DNA from: Kudoa neothunni
Lineage: Eukaryota; Animalia; Cnidaria
NCBI GenBank assembly: GCA_964304625.1
Contig: OZ199839.1
Coordinates: 7,773,166-7,837,165, forward strand
Reading direction: 5' to 3'
DNA length: 64,000 nt
The notes beneath the pieces were generated by a model. The model was given only the letters and a program-made list of their open reading frames with translations. It was not told the origin of the DNA and did no database searches. This document shows, in pieces, positions 40,415-53,817 of the stretch. Position 1 is the stretch's first letter; each line of letters starts with the position of its first letter. The position numbers were made by a program, and so were the translations under genes.

Positions 40415-42116
40415 CCCTAGGGATTAGATTATTCTCTGTTCTTAAGTCATTTTAAATATTTTTTTAATAAAATCAACTATACAGAAATCAAGAAAAAGGA
40501 AATTTATATTTGTGTGGATAGCGCTCTTTCCAATCTTTTATCTTCGTATTCCAGCATATTCAAAAATATTAATTAAATTTACGAAAATCGTCCTCAATAT
40601 TAAATTTAATTTATTGTGGGAGATTTTCATCATTATTTAAGTTACTTGCGTGAAATTTTTAATGATTCAAAAAATCCACTAAATAAATTATAATATTAAA
40701 TAAGAAGCCTATTAGATTATTTTTATTAGGATTTCTTAATTAAAACATTATTAGCTAAAATATAATCAATTATGGTCCAAAAAAACTTAAAAATGTGCAT
40801 AAAAACTCATAATTCATTATTTTTAATTATGATTTGAAAAATTCTTAAATATAAAAGTGATACAAAGAATGAATAACTTCATTGTATTAACATATGTAGG
40901 TATACCGATTACAAAATATAAAAAGATATGTATTTATTCAAATTCGTCATTATATTTTTGTAATTATTCGGTGACATTACAAATTATTTAATTTTAATAA
41001 GACTGAAAGAGTTAATCTAACAAAATATAAATTATTAATCTAATCATTATTTTAGAATTGATTTAAACAATTTTATATTATTTTACTCATTTTTTTATCT
41101 CATTAGATTTTTTTAATAGATAGTTTTTGTACAATATACAATAAAAATCTACTTATAAAATATTTGATCAACATATAATAACTTGGATTAATTATCTCAT
41201 AAAATAATTTTTGTTTTGTAAGCCGAAAAAAATTCAGAAAATCATGGAAATAAATGTTAGAAAAAGCGATAAAAAAATCAAGAGAAATAATGTAGTTACA
41301 TTAAAAATATCTCACTTTTATATCCAAATAATGATCACGTTTCAATAATGTGTCCATAATGAATCTTTTCTCTTTATATAATTTTTTATTAAATAATCCC
41401 TTAAAAAGTAACATGTATGAAAAATGGACAAGTTATTTACGTGCTACACATCCCACAATGATCCGTTATGTCTAACAGCCACTAAAGATTCAACATTTTT
41501 TTATTGATGCCCGTAAATTTCCACGTGTGATAAAAATTTCGTCAGACTTCATCATGTCACCAACTTCAAACACCGAGACATAGTTTTGTAGATATACACT
41601 CAAAAATACGCGTATATGTTCCCCAATATAATAAAAATGTTTAACAAACAGCGTATAATAATTAACTGTTGTAAATTACAATTTGCTATAATTTCAAGAC
41701 TGTTTCTTATTAATTTAATAGATTTTATTAGATATTAACCAACTGTTATGACGGACATTAAATTAGATAAACACGCCAATCAAAACATATTTATAGCTAC
41801 AGAACGGTGGATAAATGATAGTGGAAACATCGAAAACTGTTTTAGGTAGGACACAATCCACAATCATAGTAGTTATGTGAACGGCCATCTACTGAAACTA
41901 TTTAGCAGAAGAATTTGTAATGGCGAGAAAAACAAACTCTTTCTACGTTAAAACCACATCACAACAATACACATATTTACATATAGCTGTTTCATACGAT
42001 AAATAACTACAAAAAGTTGAATGAATCAACAATGGTTGGTGTTCACACGGTAAAGGCGGGGGATCGAATAAAAAAGTTTTGACAAATGGTTAACTTGTGT
42101 AAGCTGTCTTATCTAA

Positions 42117-45100
42117 CTATGAGATATGGAAGGTATCCAGATTGTTTTCTTTTTTGAATTTGTTGTAATCGAATTTTCCAATCAGACACTCCCATTGTGA
42201 TTTGTTTTCATGCAGGTTGGTTTCCATAAAATTGAGATCGGGTGCAATATTTATCAAATTCTATCGAAACACAACTCATTACACCAAACTCCATACCAAT
42301 ACTATAGTATAGTTACCTGAACAAGTGGATAAACCATTGCATCTAGAAAATCTATCTGCATATTTGGTAGATTGGGGGATTGTTTTCTATCAAGCAAAGT
42401 CTAGGATGATTCAGAAAAAATTAATTAATCTAAAAAATAGGAAATCATACTAAAGGGTGTTGTTTGAGCAGTTTCAATTCGGTATCACCCTGCAAGAAAA
42501 ATTCTTCTGACACCAAAGCAGAAGTCTAGTTTTTGGTAATGTGGGAATCGAGAAAATAGATGATCATACCCTATAATGTATATTCCATGGTTTTACACTG
42601 GAATTCAAATCCGATATGGTCATCATCATTGATTTTAATAGTCTGATATGTTGGGTGGAGGGAGAGGTGATGTTAGTTGAGGACCATACACCTTGTTTTA
42701 TTGATTTGAAAAATTTACCGCGATGTCTGTCACAAAAGGAGTCAATAAAATGTCATTACAAAAACAATAGCATCACAAAAATACTTGACATAATTCGAAA
42801 GGTCAGTATCTAGTATTGATTGTTCGATGTGTTCAATGGTATTGGAAAAATCGTTTATATTCAGATGTTTGAGGATGTTACAGCCTCTCATATTTAGCAC
42901 AAGCATGCACTGATCGAAATGATGACACTCCAATGTGGATGTGGAGTAGAGATGTGAAAGTGGACTGTTGATTTTCGAGTAGAATCCGTTGTTATAGCCA
43001 CGATGATCAACATCATGGGAGATACAAGCGACTAGAAGAGCCAACTTTTGGATGTCATTAAAGTGTCGACCCAAAGAAGTCATTTTCAATAGAAAAAACA
43101 TGGAATGTGTGACATTAAGAGCGTGTCTCCAGTTGTGATATTTCACTTTACGATAGTTGTTTTTGAGGGTGAACAGCCACCGACAAAGTACCTACACATA
43201 CAAATTATTTGAGTGAAATTTGTTGGAGAACGGTTTCAAATCCATCTAGAATATAGAATATAGAATAAAGATTCTAGAATCTTTATTCTATATTCTAGAT
43301 CGTAGATTCTAAAGGCATAGGACTACGCAATTACTCTATTTTGAAATGCGGAATGTTTTGTTCAAATTTAAATCTATAAAAAATCTCATTGCAACCAAGA
43401 CAGTCGTATCATCATCAAAAATTGTATCATCAAATTCAAATCTATAGATTCCTAAAGATTCGCCGCTGGGAACTATTCTGGAAAGTAGTTTCAAAACCAG
43501 TCTGTTGTTGGGTTGGACATGATAACTGAAAATCTATAAATAAGAATGGTTTTAACAATCTTTTGAGTTCACATGTTCAAAGATGTATCGTAATATTAGC
43601 TGGAAATAGAATAGATTACTTCAATAAGGATTTTATTCCTAGCATGTATTTTTAGATTTTCTTCTCGAGTGCTCAATGTGGTAGTGAGAAGACTGAGATA
43701 GGTGGTTACAGTCTATCAACATAACCGCATCAACTATTCGCAAATTAAAAAAAATTTAATCTTACTTTTAACAGCTCAATGTCACTGTTATTGAAATAGG
43801 ATGCGTTTTGTCGATTTACACACTGTAGTATACCCCAAAGTTCATCTTCAGCATCGTTGATGGGGCAACTGCAAATATTTGTAACAGAATCATTGTTGGT
43901 AGTTGATGACGAGCCAATAAAATAATTAACTATCTGTATTAGAAGATAAATTTTTGTGTAAACAAATAAACCAACTTTTTTAGACAATGCAGACTCTATA
44001 GCACATTCTAGAGGAACAATGCTCACTGAATTATTCAAAACTAAATTGCAATATTAAATTAGATTATTATTCTCAAATGCTACTATATATAAAAATATAC
44101 CTGTTATGTTGGTCATTACAATTTTTTATATCATCATCTTTATTTTTTTCGAGCGTAAAAATATGTTTGAAACTCAACTAAATCATGTCAAGTTAACAAC
44201 GATTTAGTTCACTATAAAAGAGTATTTATATAGGTGGTACTTGATTATCATCGTTGGTTAATATAATACTAATTTGTTGACAGTCGATGTATTCCATCAA
44301 ACAACTCAGAACCTCTGAGAATAGGAGCTCCAAGGTGAGATCATCTTGTTTGTCGAGTTGGTGGAAAAGCTGTTGCATTTTGGATTTATTGTGGTAGATA
44401 TCGAGAGCCACAATTTTTGCTCGAATGTCCAATGCTATTGAGCACAACTCGGCATACACTGTGAATGCCTATCGAATAGATAGAAATGAAAAGATTTTTC
44501 ACTTATTTCGTCAAACGCACCTCTTCGTCTTCCAAGGTAAACGAATTTCCTCCATTCCTCAAGTTATTACCATCTGGTAGCTTGTTTATCGCTTCAACCA
44601 CTCCTATCACCTACCCAAAATAATAAAAATAAATAATCTCAATATCCATTTTGCTTAGAATATCAAAATCTGATATTATTACATCACCATTTGAATTTTT
44701 TAATGGAATACACAATACACTCTTTGTACGATAGCCTGTGGCTGTATCAACATTTTGGTAGAAATAACTTCCTAACAGGTTTCAAGCATATATTAGATAG
44801 AAAAGAGTAGTAATAATAACAACAACAACAACAATACATTGTAAGCATCTTCAATGTTGATAACATTTCCAGTTTGTGCACTCTTCCCAGCAATACCTTT
44901 ACCCATGGAATGACGATACATCGAAATGGTTGGGTGTTGTTGAGGGCGTTGTTAGCGTCGAATGGCAGCTCCATTCATCGCAGACATTATTCGGTTTGAA
45001 ATGTCGTCCATTATCTTCAGTAGCTTGATGACCACCAAAAGTTTTCTGTTTTACTGACGGGAAATCAACGGATTGTGCAGAGCAAAACTTGGAAGTTGGT

Positions 45101-45988
45101 TTGTTGGTTTTATTTTCGCCACCTAATGGTTTTGAGGTGGTAAACAACTCATCTATGCTGGTAAGATTGGACTTATTTGAGCTTTTGTTGGTGATATCGA
45201 AAATAAATTCCACCAAAAACTTTCGAATTACCATCCGGCAGATCATTTTCCACCAAAAACAATGGAACAACGATCAATATTCAAAGTCATTGCAGCATTT
45301 CGAAGTATCTTAATACATAGCACACGTGTATCATTTTCTGTTGTTAAATTTTTAGAGAATTCTGTCATCAATCGGCCAATCTCACAATACACATTCATGT
45401 ATCGAAGAGATTGTTTATGTCGGTAGGACGAGTCCCTGATATCGTTATCATTAATGGAGTTGTTGTTGCTGTTGTTGTTATTGTTGCCATTCGTCCCATT
45501 TCCATGGCGAAATATATTAAATTTACTTATTGCCCTTCGAAAAGAGCTTTTGTTTGTATCCAAAGATAGGTTGGGATTGGAGTTGTTGCAGAAGATTGCG
45601 TTGATATTAGCATTGTAGTATTCATTCGGTGTACATACCAGAACCTCTTTTCACAGTGTTCGCAATTCTGGGATGCACTTGTGCACGATTTCTATTATCG
45701 GCACAATTCAACCGATGACACTCTTTTGATTTGATGAGCACCCTTGGAGTTTTGAATTTTTTTATTCGCGGTGAATGAAAACAAACTTCTTTTGGGTAAT
45801 GAAGCTACTGGTGTGTACGCTATACAAAAGGTTACATAAATATTTCATATAAAATCAAATCAAAATGAGGAAGTAATTTAATCACAATTATCTGATTCCA
45901 AAATAATGGTGGAGGTTCCATCATGAGATTTTCCAACTCCTTGTGTGGTGGTGGTGGTGGTGATGATCGATTTGTCGAAATCTTTACC
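42117..45988 (-). CDS. PDE5/PDE11-like GAF-A/GAF-B cyclic-nucleotide phosphodiesterase; reading frame broken by several 1-nt indels in this assembly; 5' end uncertain and may reach ~46.5 kb
   Basis: GAF-A: DRCS-LFLVE, IPWGKGIAG, TGYRTKSVLCIPLKN, IGVVEAINK...FTLEDEE. GAF-B: WGILQCVNRQNASYFNNSD. Catalytic domain: YHNWRHA, HDVDHRGYNNGF, LECHHFDQ, ILDTDL, SDLNSSVKPW, EEFFLQGD, PNMQIDFL. TAG at 42119-42117. Confidence 0.9.
43244..43300. repeat. Loop-less palindrome inside a PDE intron
   Basis: 43254-43297 TAGAATATAGAATAAAGATTCT|AGAATCTTTATTCTATATTCTA is a perfect 44-bp palindrome. It extends to 43244-43300 if a 7-nt tandem duplication is bulged out. Confidence 0.9.
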
Positions 45989-48303
45989 TTAATAATGTAA
46001 GAATAGACAGAAACACACATGAGGCCAAACAGTGGGTGGTATTCTAATAACCAGATATAGTGGAACATAATTTTTTTAAGTGTGATCATTGTCACTTCCC
46101 TACTTCTACCACCGAAGCACTGTCAAATACAATAATGAAAAACCTACTTTTTCCATCTGGATCCGTAATATTTTTTTTCGATTTTATTAATCTGCTATAT
46201 TTAATTTTATTTATCCAATTGATTGCTCCAATAGATGTAATTACTTCAACATAACAAAGGTGTAAATTTCCAACCTCACACCAATCAACAACTACCCGTA
46301 TATGGTCGGTATAGGAGTAATCCTATTAAAGTATTCAGTGGTATTTGTTCATTTGGTACCGTTTGTCACTATCTCTTAGATAATTGATATTAATGGTATT
46401 TTCACAATCGAATCCAGCACGGAATAACGGGCGAGTTCTCCCCAATCCCCAAACAGCCTCGTCTATTGTCCCGTTCATTGCCTCCGTTAGGAATCTTTTA
46501 AACTCCATCATATTCGTCGCATTATGATGAATAATGTGTGAATTTAATTTTAAGAGTGTCGTTAATTTACAAATTTTTCAATAAAACACCAATTAAAAAG
46601 AATATCTTTACCGAAAGTTTACTCAATTCGATTCTATCCAATACATTAAATTAATGCGGCCATCTTGCCTAATATTAATTTATCATCTACTTATGATTTA
46701 AAACAGCTACCAACAACTGTCTTTTAATTAAGAAATCTCATTTCGCAAAATAAACCTCAGTAATGCGCATTATTTAGGGTCATTTTCACTGCGTAATACC
46801 CATACAGTTTCTATGCAATAGGTGGTAACTAATTCAGCGCATGCGAAACATTGTGAATCTTAGTATACAACAATTAATTTGTTGGTTGGGTAGTTTTGCT
46901 AATTTACTAAATCATTTATAGTTTATTATTCATATACAGAAAATTAATACAAATATAACTTGATAATGTTATGTATTAACAATAATTTAGAACTTGGACG
47001 ACAATAATATCGTCCAAGTTGGCACAGAAATCGCCAAAGTTCTTGACTGGCGGAACGAATTTTAAGTTTACGTAAGCTTCGAGGGCAGAATTAAAATTTT
47101 TTTGGAAACAAAACAATTGTTAAAATGGAATAAAATTAATGTAAATATAACAAACGTATAAATTTGATTGAGTGTGAAACATGGAATTGGCTTATGTTTG
47201 ATAAAGTTTTTTCTTGTGGATTACCAAATAAATAGTTCCAATCATAAGCAATGCATCAAGATGTTAACCTTTGCGTGTCGGATGTCCGATTTAAAGACAG
47301 CTTGTCTTTAAATCTGAAACTTATTTGAGCGAAATTTCTTAATGTGATGAATATAAGTATAATAGATAAAAGTAGTTGTTTTTTAATAACAGATTTCATA
47401 ATTATCAAAAAAAATTATATTCATTAAATTAGGCATTTAAAATTGGATTCACCATACCACCGTAGCATTCAAACGAATCTGATCATAACATCTAAGGCAA
47501 TTTTTCCCAACGTGGGACGTGAAAATATTTTTGTGGGGCATAAGAATTTTTGAACGTTTAGTGAACGGTCCGGGTGGGACGTGGAAAATCCTGAGTATTG
47601 GTGTGACACGGATAATGATGAGATAATTAGGTAGTATGGCTTACTTTGAGGTCAATAGCACGATTTTCGATATCGCTGATTTTTAAGTGACGATTAATGT
47701 CATAAAAAAATACAAAAGGAAATGACTAATTATATAAAAATTAATAATAATAATATTATTTAACGTGTCCTTCGACTGAATAGAATCGGAATGGTTTGAA
47801 TCTCAATCTTGCCTCATTTAGAATCGTATATCCCCTTTTTATGATTAAATCTAATATCATATTGGTTAATTTTACATTTGTATTATTTATTTTTGGTTCA
47901 TTAGCCCTGTATACGCAAAAGTCTTACTTAATGAAGGTTGGATTACCACGAGTTTCACATGATGTTGTTTTTGGTGGAGTGAAGAACCGAAGATGTTAAT
48001 TTTTCAGGTCCATCAATAAATTAAGTTAGATCTGATAGAATACATTTTAATTCTAACAAGAGACATATACATTAATTTCTTTCAAGTTTTAATATGATGG
48101 GGAGCTTTATTTAAAATTATCAACAGTTCAAGAAAAAAACAATACTTTTTAAAGAAGTAGGGACACAGAACTTTTTTTCAAGAAAAATTGGGGTGCAATA
48201 GAAAAAGAAAAAATATTGAGAAACATTGCTGTAGAGGTTTTCTTCCATCAGACAAAATTGGTTGTCCGCAGAAAAACCTCAAATTAAAATCAACGGGAAT
48301 TGA

Positions 48304-50747
48304 CCCTCTAATGATCCCAAAAACGAAGAACGTGTACGTGTAATAATGGACTTTGGGGTAAATTTGACCCCACATTTTTTTGAATTATAACACTTTAAAA
48401 AATCTAATAATAAATATTGTGGAATAATTTTTAATTCCTATGAATGAAACACTGGCAAATGCACACTAAATTTCGACGTAATCCACGCGATAATCGGCTT
48501 CGTCTCAAATCGTTACATATCGATGTTCACTAATAAAGTAATTGCGTTAATTCAGCGGAATTAAACGTGTCGTGCCAGTTGAAATATTAAAAAAAACATA
48601 ATAAGAATTCTTGAAAGTTATTCGAAGTTAAAATAATTTTTCCTCTCACTATATCCACATGTTTCTCGTCATGCATTAAGACGACATTAGGACGACATTA
48701 AGAAGAGGTTCCTATTGGGGTGCATAAATAATGCTGAGACCTGTTTTTATTGCTTTGTTTGTGGAATTTGTTGTCAACAATATTTTGTTTAATTGTTCAA
48801 CAATTTCTTTAACCTTCTAAGTAGCTGCAAAATTTTCACACCGCGAATAAAATTCAGCATTGACTGACAAAATATAAGGAAAATTCATTGAATAGATTTT
48901 GAATAAATGCCCAATTATTACGTTATATTCTAAACGCGCATGTGCACATATTTATGTGTCTCATTTCTGTGGAGTATGATTGTATTTATAGGTGTATTTC
49001 TGCGGGTTTTTAATTTTAACATTTAATTATAGTTTATAACAGCTACCAAATAATTTTTCTTATTTTAAACTGCGCAGTGTAAAATATTGCGTACAAAAAC
49101 ACAAAAACACAGAATGATGGAAATAATGCTTATTTCACAAAAAAGTTATCACATATAATTTTAAACTCTTTCTAAAATACAAAACTTGTCAAAACGTTGA
49201 ACAATTATATCATATGTTTTTTAATATTCTCTATAACGTAGAAATAAGCAAACTGATGAGAATTCATCTTATTTTGAATAACTAATATAAAAACAATGAG
49301 AGGATGAGAGAATATGGAGTTATCGTTGTATTCTGGAGAGAACGACATGCTTATATCAGTATTGCGCACGCACACTGTTATCTCATGTATAGTGTTTCGT
49401 TATTTATTCGATAGAATTTCCGTAAATTTTTAAAAATCACATGCATCCATATTTTGAACAATTTTATTTATTAGATGTTTTTACATTAACTTTTTTAATA
49501 GATGACAAAAAAAATTTCAATTCATTTTTCTGCAAGCTTTCATAATGATAAAACATTACAAAAGATGGAGAGGAATTATATTCCATTTATACTCCACAAT
49601 ATTGTTAGCAGAATTCACTTGGAGTAGCAATCTACCCCATTTAATTTGGAAGGTTAAGAAAATCACGCAATTTGTTTTATTAAGAACACAAGATACCAAC
49701 ATATACTTTTTACAGAAAACAAATATGCTGCCACGACTGGCTCGATTTGGGGATGATTGGAGATATGGTGGTATCTCTAGTTTTTAAAGTAATATCTCTA
49801 TAGTCAATTTTCCTCACAATTTATTAGCAAAAAACATCGATAAGAAGACATTTTTGTGAACAACATGATGTTGATTCTCTGATAAACAAAATTCATCAAC
49901 GAAATCATTAGAATCACACATCTTCATATAATTCGCGCACGCGTTTTAATTTATTGATCTAACATTTCGTTACTTTCCACAAAAACTACTTGTTCAAATT
50001 TTATTATATTTAAGTTCGAGGTGGTTTTCATTTTTTGAAATATTTTCAATCAAAAAAAACATGGGGTAAATTTTCCCCCAAGCACCATTACACGATAAAA
50101 TAAAAATTAAAACCTATGCTATAATTTATCGAAAAAAATTTTGTCGTCAAACCACCAAAGACAAAATTTTATTAGATGAATTACTGGAATTGGTTAAATG
50201 TAGAATAGTGGCCGTAATCCAAATCAGCGACACCGGACAAAAATGAATCTGTTGATTATTTTAATTTTTGTATTTTTCATTGTTTCATCACCAGTAGGTT
50301 ATTTTAGCCATTGTATTTGTTATCAATAATAGTTGCTGTAATATATTCTTTAAATATCTGCTAGTCTCTCGTAGCTGTTTACAAAGGCAATATCATTTCA
50401 TCGATCCGAGTAAAGATTGCTTTGTTTACCTAAAATTTGAGTGTGACAACTATGATTTTTTATCAAATGTCTATAAGAATAAGAAATTCATATTTTCTGC
50501 AAACATTAGCTAATCAATTGTATCAAATGCATAACGTTAATATCGAAAATAATTTATTATAGTTGATTTAATTATTTCCATAATTAGATGTTAAACAAAT
50601 TTCATACTAATTTGATTTAAAAAGTTCAGGATTAATGCCCGAACCAATTATAATCTTTGATCGGTACATGTGGCCATTATTCTACACTTTAACCCTGGAA
50701 CCTACTAGGTATTGGTTTACTGTATAAAAAGATATACCATTAGAGGG
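48304..50747. mobile_element. Probable piggyBac-type TIR element with subterminal inverted repeats and unrelated inserts
   Basis: TTGA|CCCTCTAATG at 48304 pairs with CATTAGAGGG|TTAA at 50747. A ~45-bp imperfect inverted repeat pairs 48337-48383 (GGGGTAAATTTGACCCC) with 50050-50094 (GGGGTAAATTTTCCCCC). No transposase ORF is recognisable. Confidence 0.5.
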
Positions 50748-51145
50748 TTAATGGAATCTACCTTGGATAACCTCAAAACAGCTGCAAAATTACGCAGAAT
50801 CTTATCTCGCCGCATGTATTAATATGATAGAAATAGAAAGCTTATAATTATATGTATATTCGTTAAAACTTGCATTCTGACTCAACATTTACACATTTAC
50901 AAATTTACACATTTCCATTTAGGTCTCAAAGTGCTATAACAACACATCTTCAACATGAAAACAAATTCAACAACATCCTAACCGTATATTTAGTATATTT
51001 AGCACAAACTGCAGGCAGTGGTTGTCAATTTTATCACAGTTAACAACAACCAACCTCATGAGCACAAAAAATATCACCAAACCAAAGAAAGCATTCAAAC
51101 AAGCAGTAAAATATAATCCAAAAAACTAATAAGAAATTTATATCC

Positions 51146-52029
51146 TTAATTAAAAATCACTTTCGATTGTGACTCCCTCGCGATTTCTTCTTCTGCATCC
51201 CCGTCGTAATAGCAATAGATACAATGGCATACAATCACAATATGCATCACAATAATGGATGAAACGGTACTGATAACACTGCAGTTTTTATTTTCTAAAA
51301 GTCATCACAATATTTCAACCACGAAAATCATAAGGTATTGTTATTGTGACTTACTTGCGAATATTATTTCGGATGTTATATACACAATTAATGGACAGAT
51401 TATTATGGCTATCCAATAGATTATTCCAACTTTAATTCGATTAATATCATGTTCTCTAAAATAAAAATAACGGTAAGCAATCTCTCCAATGAAAACCAAT
51501 TAAACCAACGTGAAAATCCATCCTCTGCGACGCATCACATTTGTCGGTTCCCGTTCGTCATCTAGGTCGGTTTGTTTGTTGTTTTCAATTAGAAATGTGG
51601 GGTTGAGCTGCAGATAAAAACATTAGGCAAATTCGAACCATTCAACAAAAAATATACATCCAATTCAGGTGATTCCAATGGTGGAGCCACCAAAGTGGTG
51701 GTTTTTTCATCATTTGCATTTGCGCCAGTTGAATCATCCAATATTTCAACTTTATCTAATGCTACTACAATGCAAGATCATTTCGAAGGCAATTATTCAC
51801 TAGTAAACACACGAATATATCACCTTCATCAACCATTTCAAATTGCACCAGAAACCTGTTTAAATATCTGCGCTTGCGTGAAATTGACACTTGCGGGGTC
51901 TACCGACACACCCAAAATCACATCTTTTTGATCCTAGGTCAAATAATCGGCTTCTGTCGAAGTACAAATTTTCATAATATGTTTAACGTGTAATTCTGCC
52001 GGTATAAGGATAAGGGGGCAGAATATTTG
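51146..52029 (-). CDS. Multi-exon gene for a small membrane protein with two C-terminal TM helices; function unknown, 5' part unresolved
   Basis: The last three exons join through GT-AG introns of ~54-60 nt to give LNPTFLIENNKQTDLDDEREPTNVMRRRGWIFTEHDINRIKVGIIYWIAIIICPLIVYITSEIIFAKNKNCSVISTVSSIIVMHIVIVCHCIYCYYDGDAEEEIARESQSKVIFN*. Confidence 0.55.
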
Positions 52030-53817
52030 CTGTCAGTTTTTTAACTTAAAAAGAAACAATATCTTTATTTTATATGTGTTTATAGATGTGATTGGTCGGA
52101 ATTATTTGTGTTATGAACATTAATTTTAGTGTAACATAGGGAAAGGGAAATAAAATAACATAAAATATTCAGTATTTTTTAGAATAAAGATGTAAATCTC
52201 GAACGTTTACCGCTTTAGATTAACGATAATTTATCTTATTAATCTACGACTATCCTAATGTAGCTGTCATTTTCGAGTGGCGATCTTATGAACGTTTGCC
52301 ATGAGAAAATTTAGAAACTTCGGTGATGGGGGAGAGTATACGCCCTACCTAAATCGGAGGTTTCCGAACCTACCTGCCTGCTACAATTCCAATTCTGCAA
52401 AAAACAAATTATATTTTATTATATTGAGTGAGGAAAAATGACAACTTTTCATATTATAAATACAATAGACAACTGATTTTGAATAATCCTGTCTATATCT
52501 AGCTCATGAAAATAAATCTGTTAAACCGGTTGCAACCAGTTTTGCATATGCTATGCGCATAATAATTAATGTCCCATTTGGGGACGTAAAAGAAAACATT
52601 GGCATCCTTTTTATCGATAAAGCTCAAATGAATAAAAATTCTATAACAGATAAAAATATAAAAATCAATATGATTGTTTCATATTTGGTCGGTTGTGTCA
52701 GGGGTCTCAGCCGAGGATAAATTTACCTCTAGGGGTAAATTTTAAATGACTGGGGAAGATTAATCCTTAGAGGATAACCATTGGATTTGCGCATCCATCT
52801 TTGTATTATATTGCGATAAAACTTGGTGTATTTTGTGGGAATTTTTCAAATATTTTAACAAATTTTATTATATCAGTGAATGGGTATTACTTTTTTTAAA
52901 AGCACATGGAATTCTGGCGAATTTACACGAAATAATAAAAAGATAGAGGTGTGAAGCTTAACCCGTTGAATCTCGAATTTAATTCAGCGACTGAAACAAC
53001 TTTCTTGGCTCATTACATTTAATTGTAAATAATTTTATATAAACTATCCAAAAATTGGAGCAGTCATTTCAAACATTAAAAAGATTCACACATGGTGCCA
53101 AATGGAAACATTGGCACACCGCTTATTTCAATATGCGGGAATGCGCATGGTTTTATGCTAATTTGTTTTTAACCAAGAAATTACTCGTAAAACACTAGAA
53201 CTAAAATATCACATTATTTATTCCAATAATCCAAATAGCAGTTTCTGTTTCTATTATTAAGACACAAATGGACATTACACTTAATGCAAATATGTTCAAA
53301 TAATCTATCATTGAAGAATCGGTTAAAATAACTGAAACATTCAAATATAATACCTTCAACTTGTTCAAAAATATCAGTTTATTCAATATTATTGTTCGTT
53401 TAATTTAAATTAAATTTGAACGATAGTCATCCTCCTCATCACTAGAACTGTAATCGGATACAATATCATCGTAGTGACTATACGAAATGGAATCCAATTC
53501 CAACCCAACGTCCGATTTGTGCTCACCTGGTAATAATATGATTTTTAAAAGCTTGCTTTATTTATTCCTCCCCTCCAATCTAGTCAGAATCCATTCTAAA
53601 GAATATAAACACACTTAATTCGAAGGATGAACGTTGCCGTGTGGCAACGCTTGCTATACCCGGTAGCCCGATTTAGTCAAATGGCTACATGGATTAATCT
53701 GTTCCTATAGTATACACATCAAAACATATTTTCTTCTTAGGTCCATTTTTAGAATAAACTTATTTAATATTATATGTGTAAACTTTTTAAATTTACTGAA
53801 ACCTCAAAATTCAGATA

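Noticed and set aside
48600-48950. Possible Harbinger/PIF transposase remnants on the - strand (DEKHV; HARLE..IIGHLF)
   Set aside because: Motifs are too short and degenerate to assign without a profile search.
50693-50747. Apparent 55-bp TTAA-flanked mini element
   Set aside because: The two ends share only CCCT. The right end matches 48304 better (10/10), so it is more likely two juxtaposed termini.
53404-53710. Acidic exon-like stretch on the - strand (EHKSDVGLELDSISYSHYDDIVSDYSSSDEEDDY)
   Set aside because: It could not be joined to an open upstream exon or a start codon, so there is too little support for a gene call.
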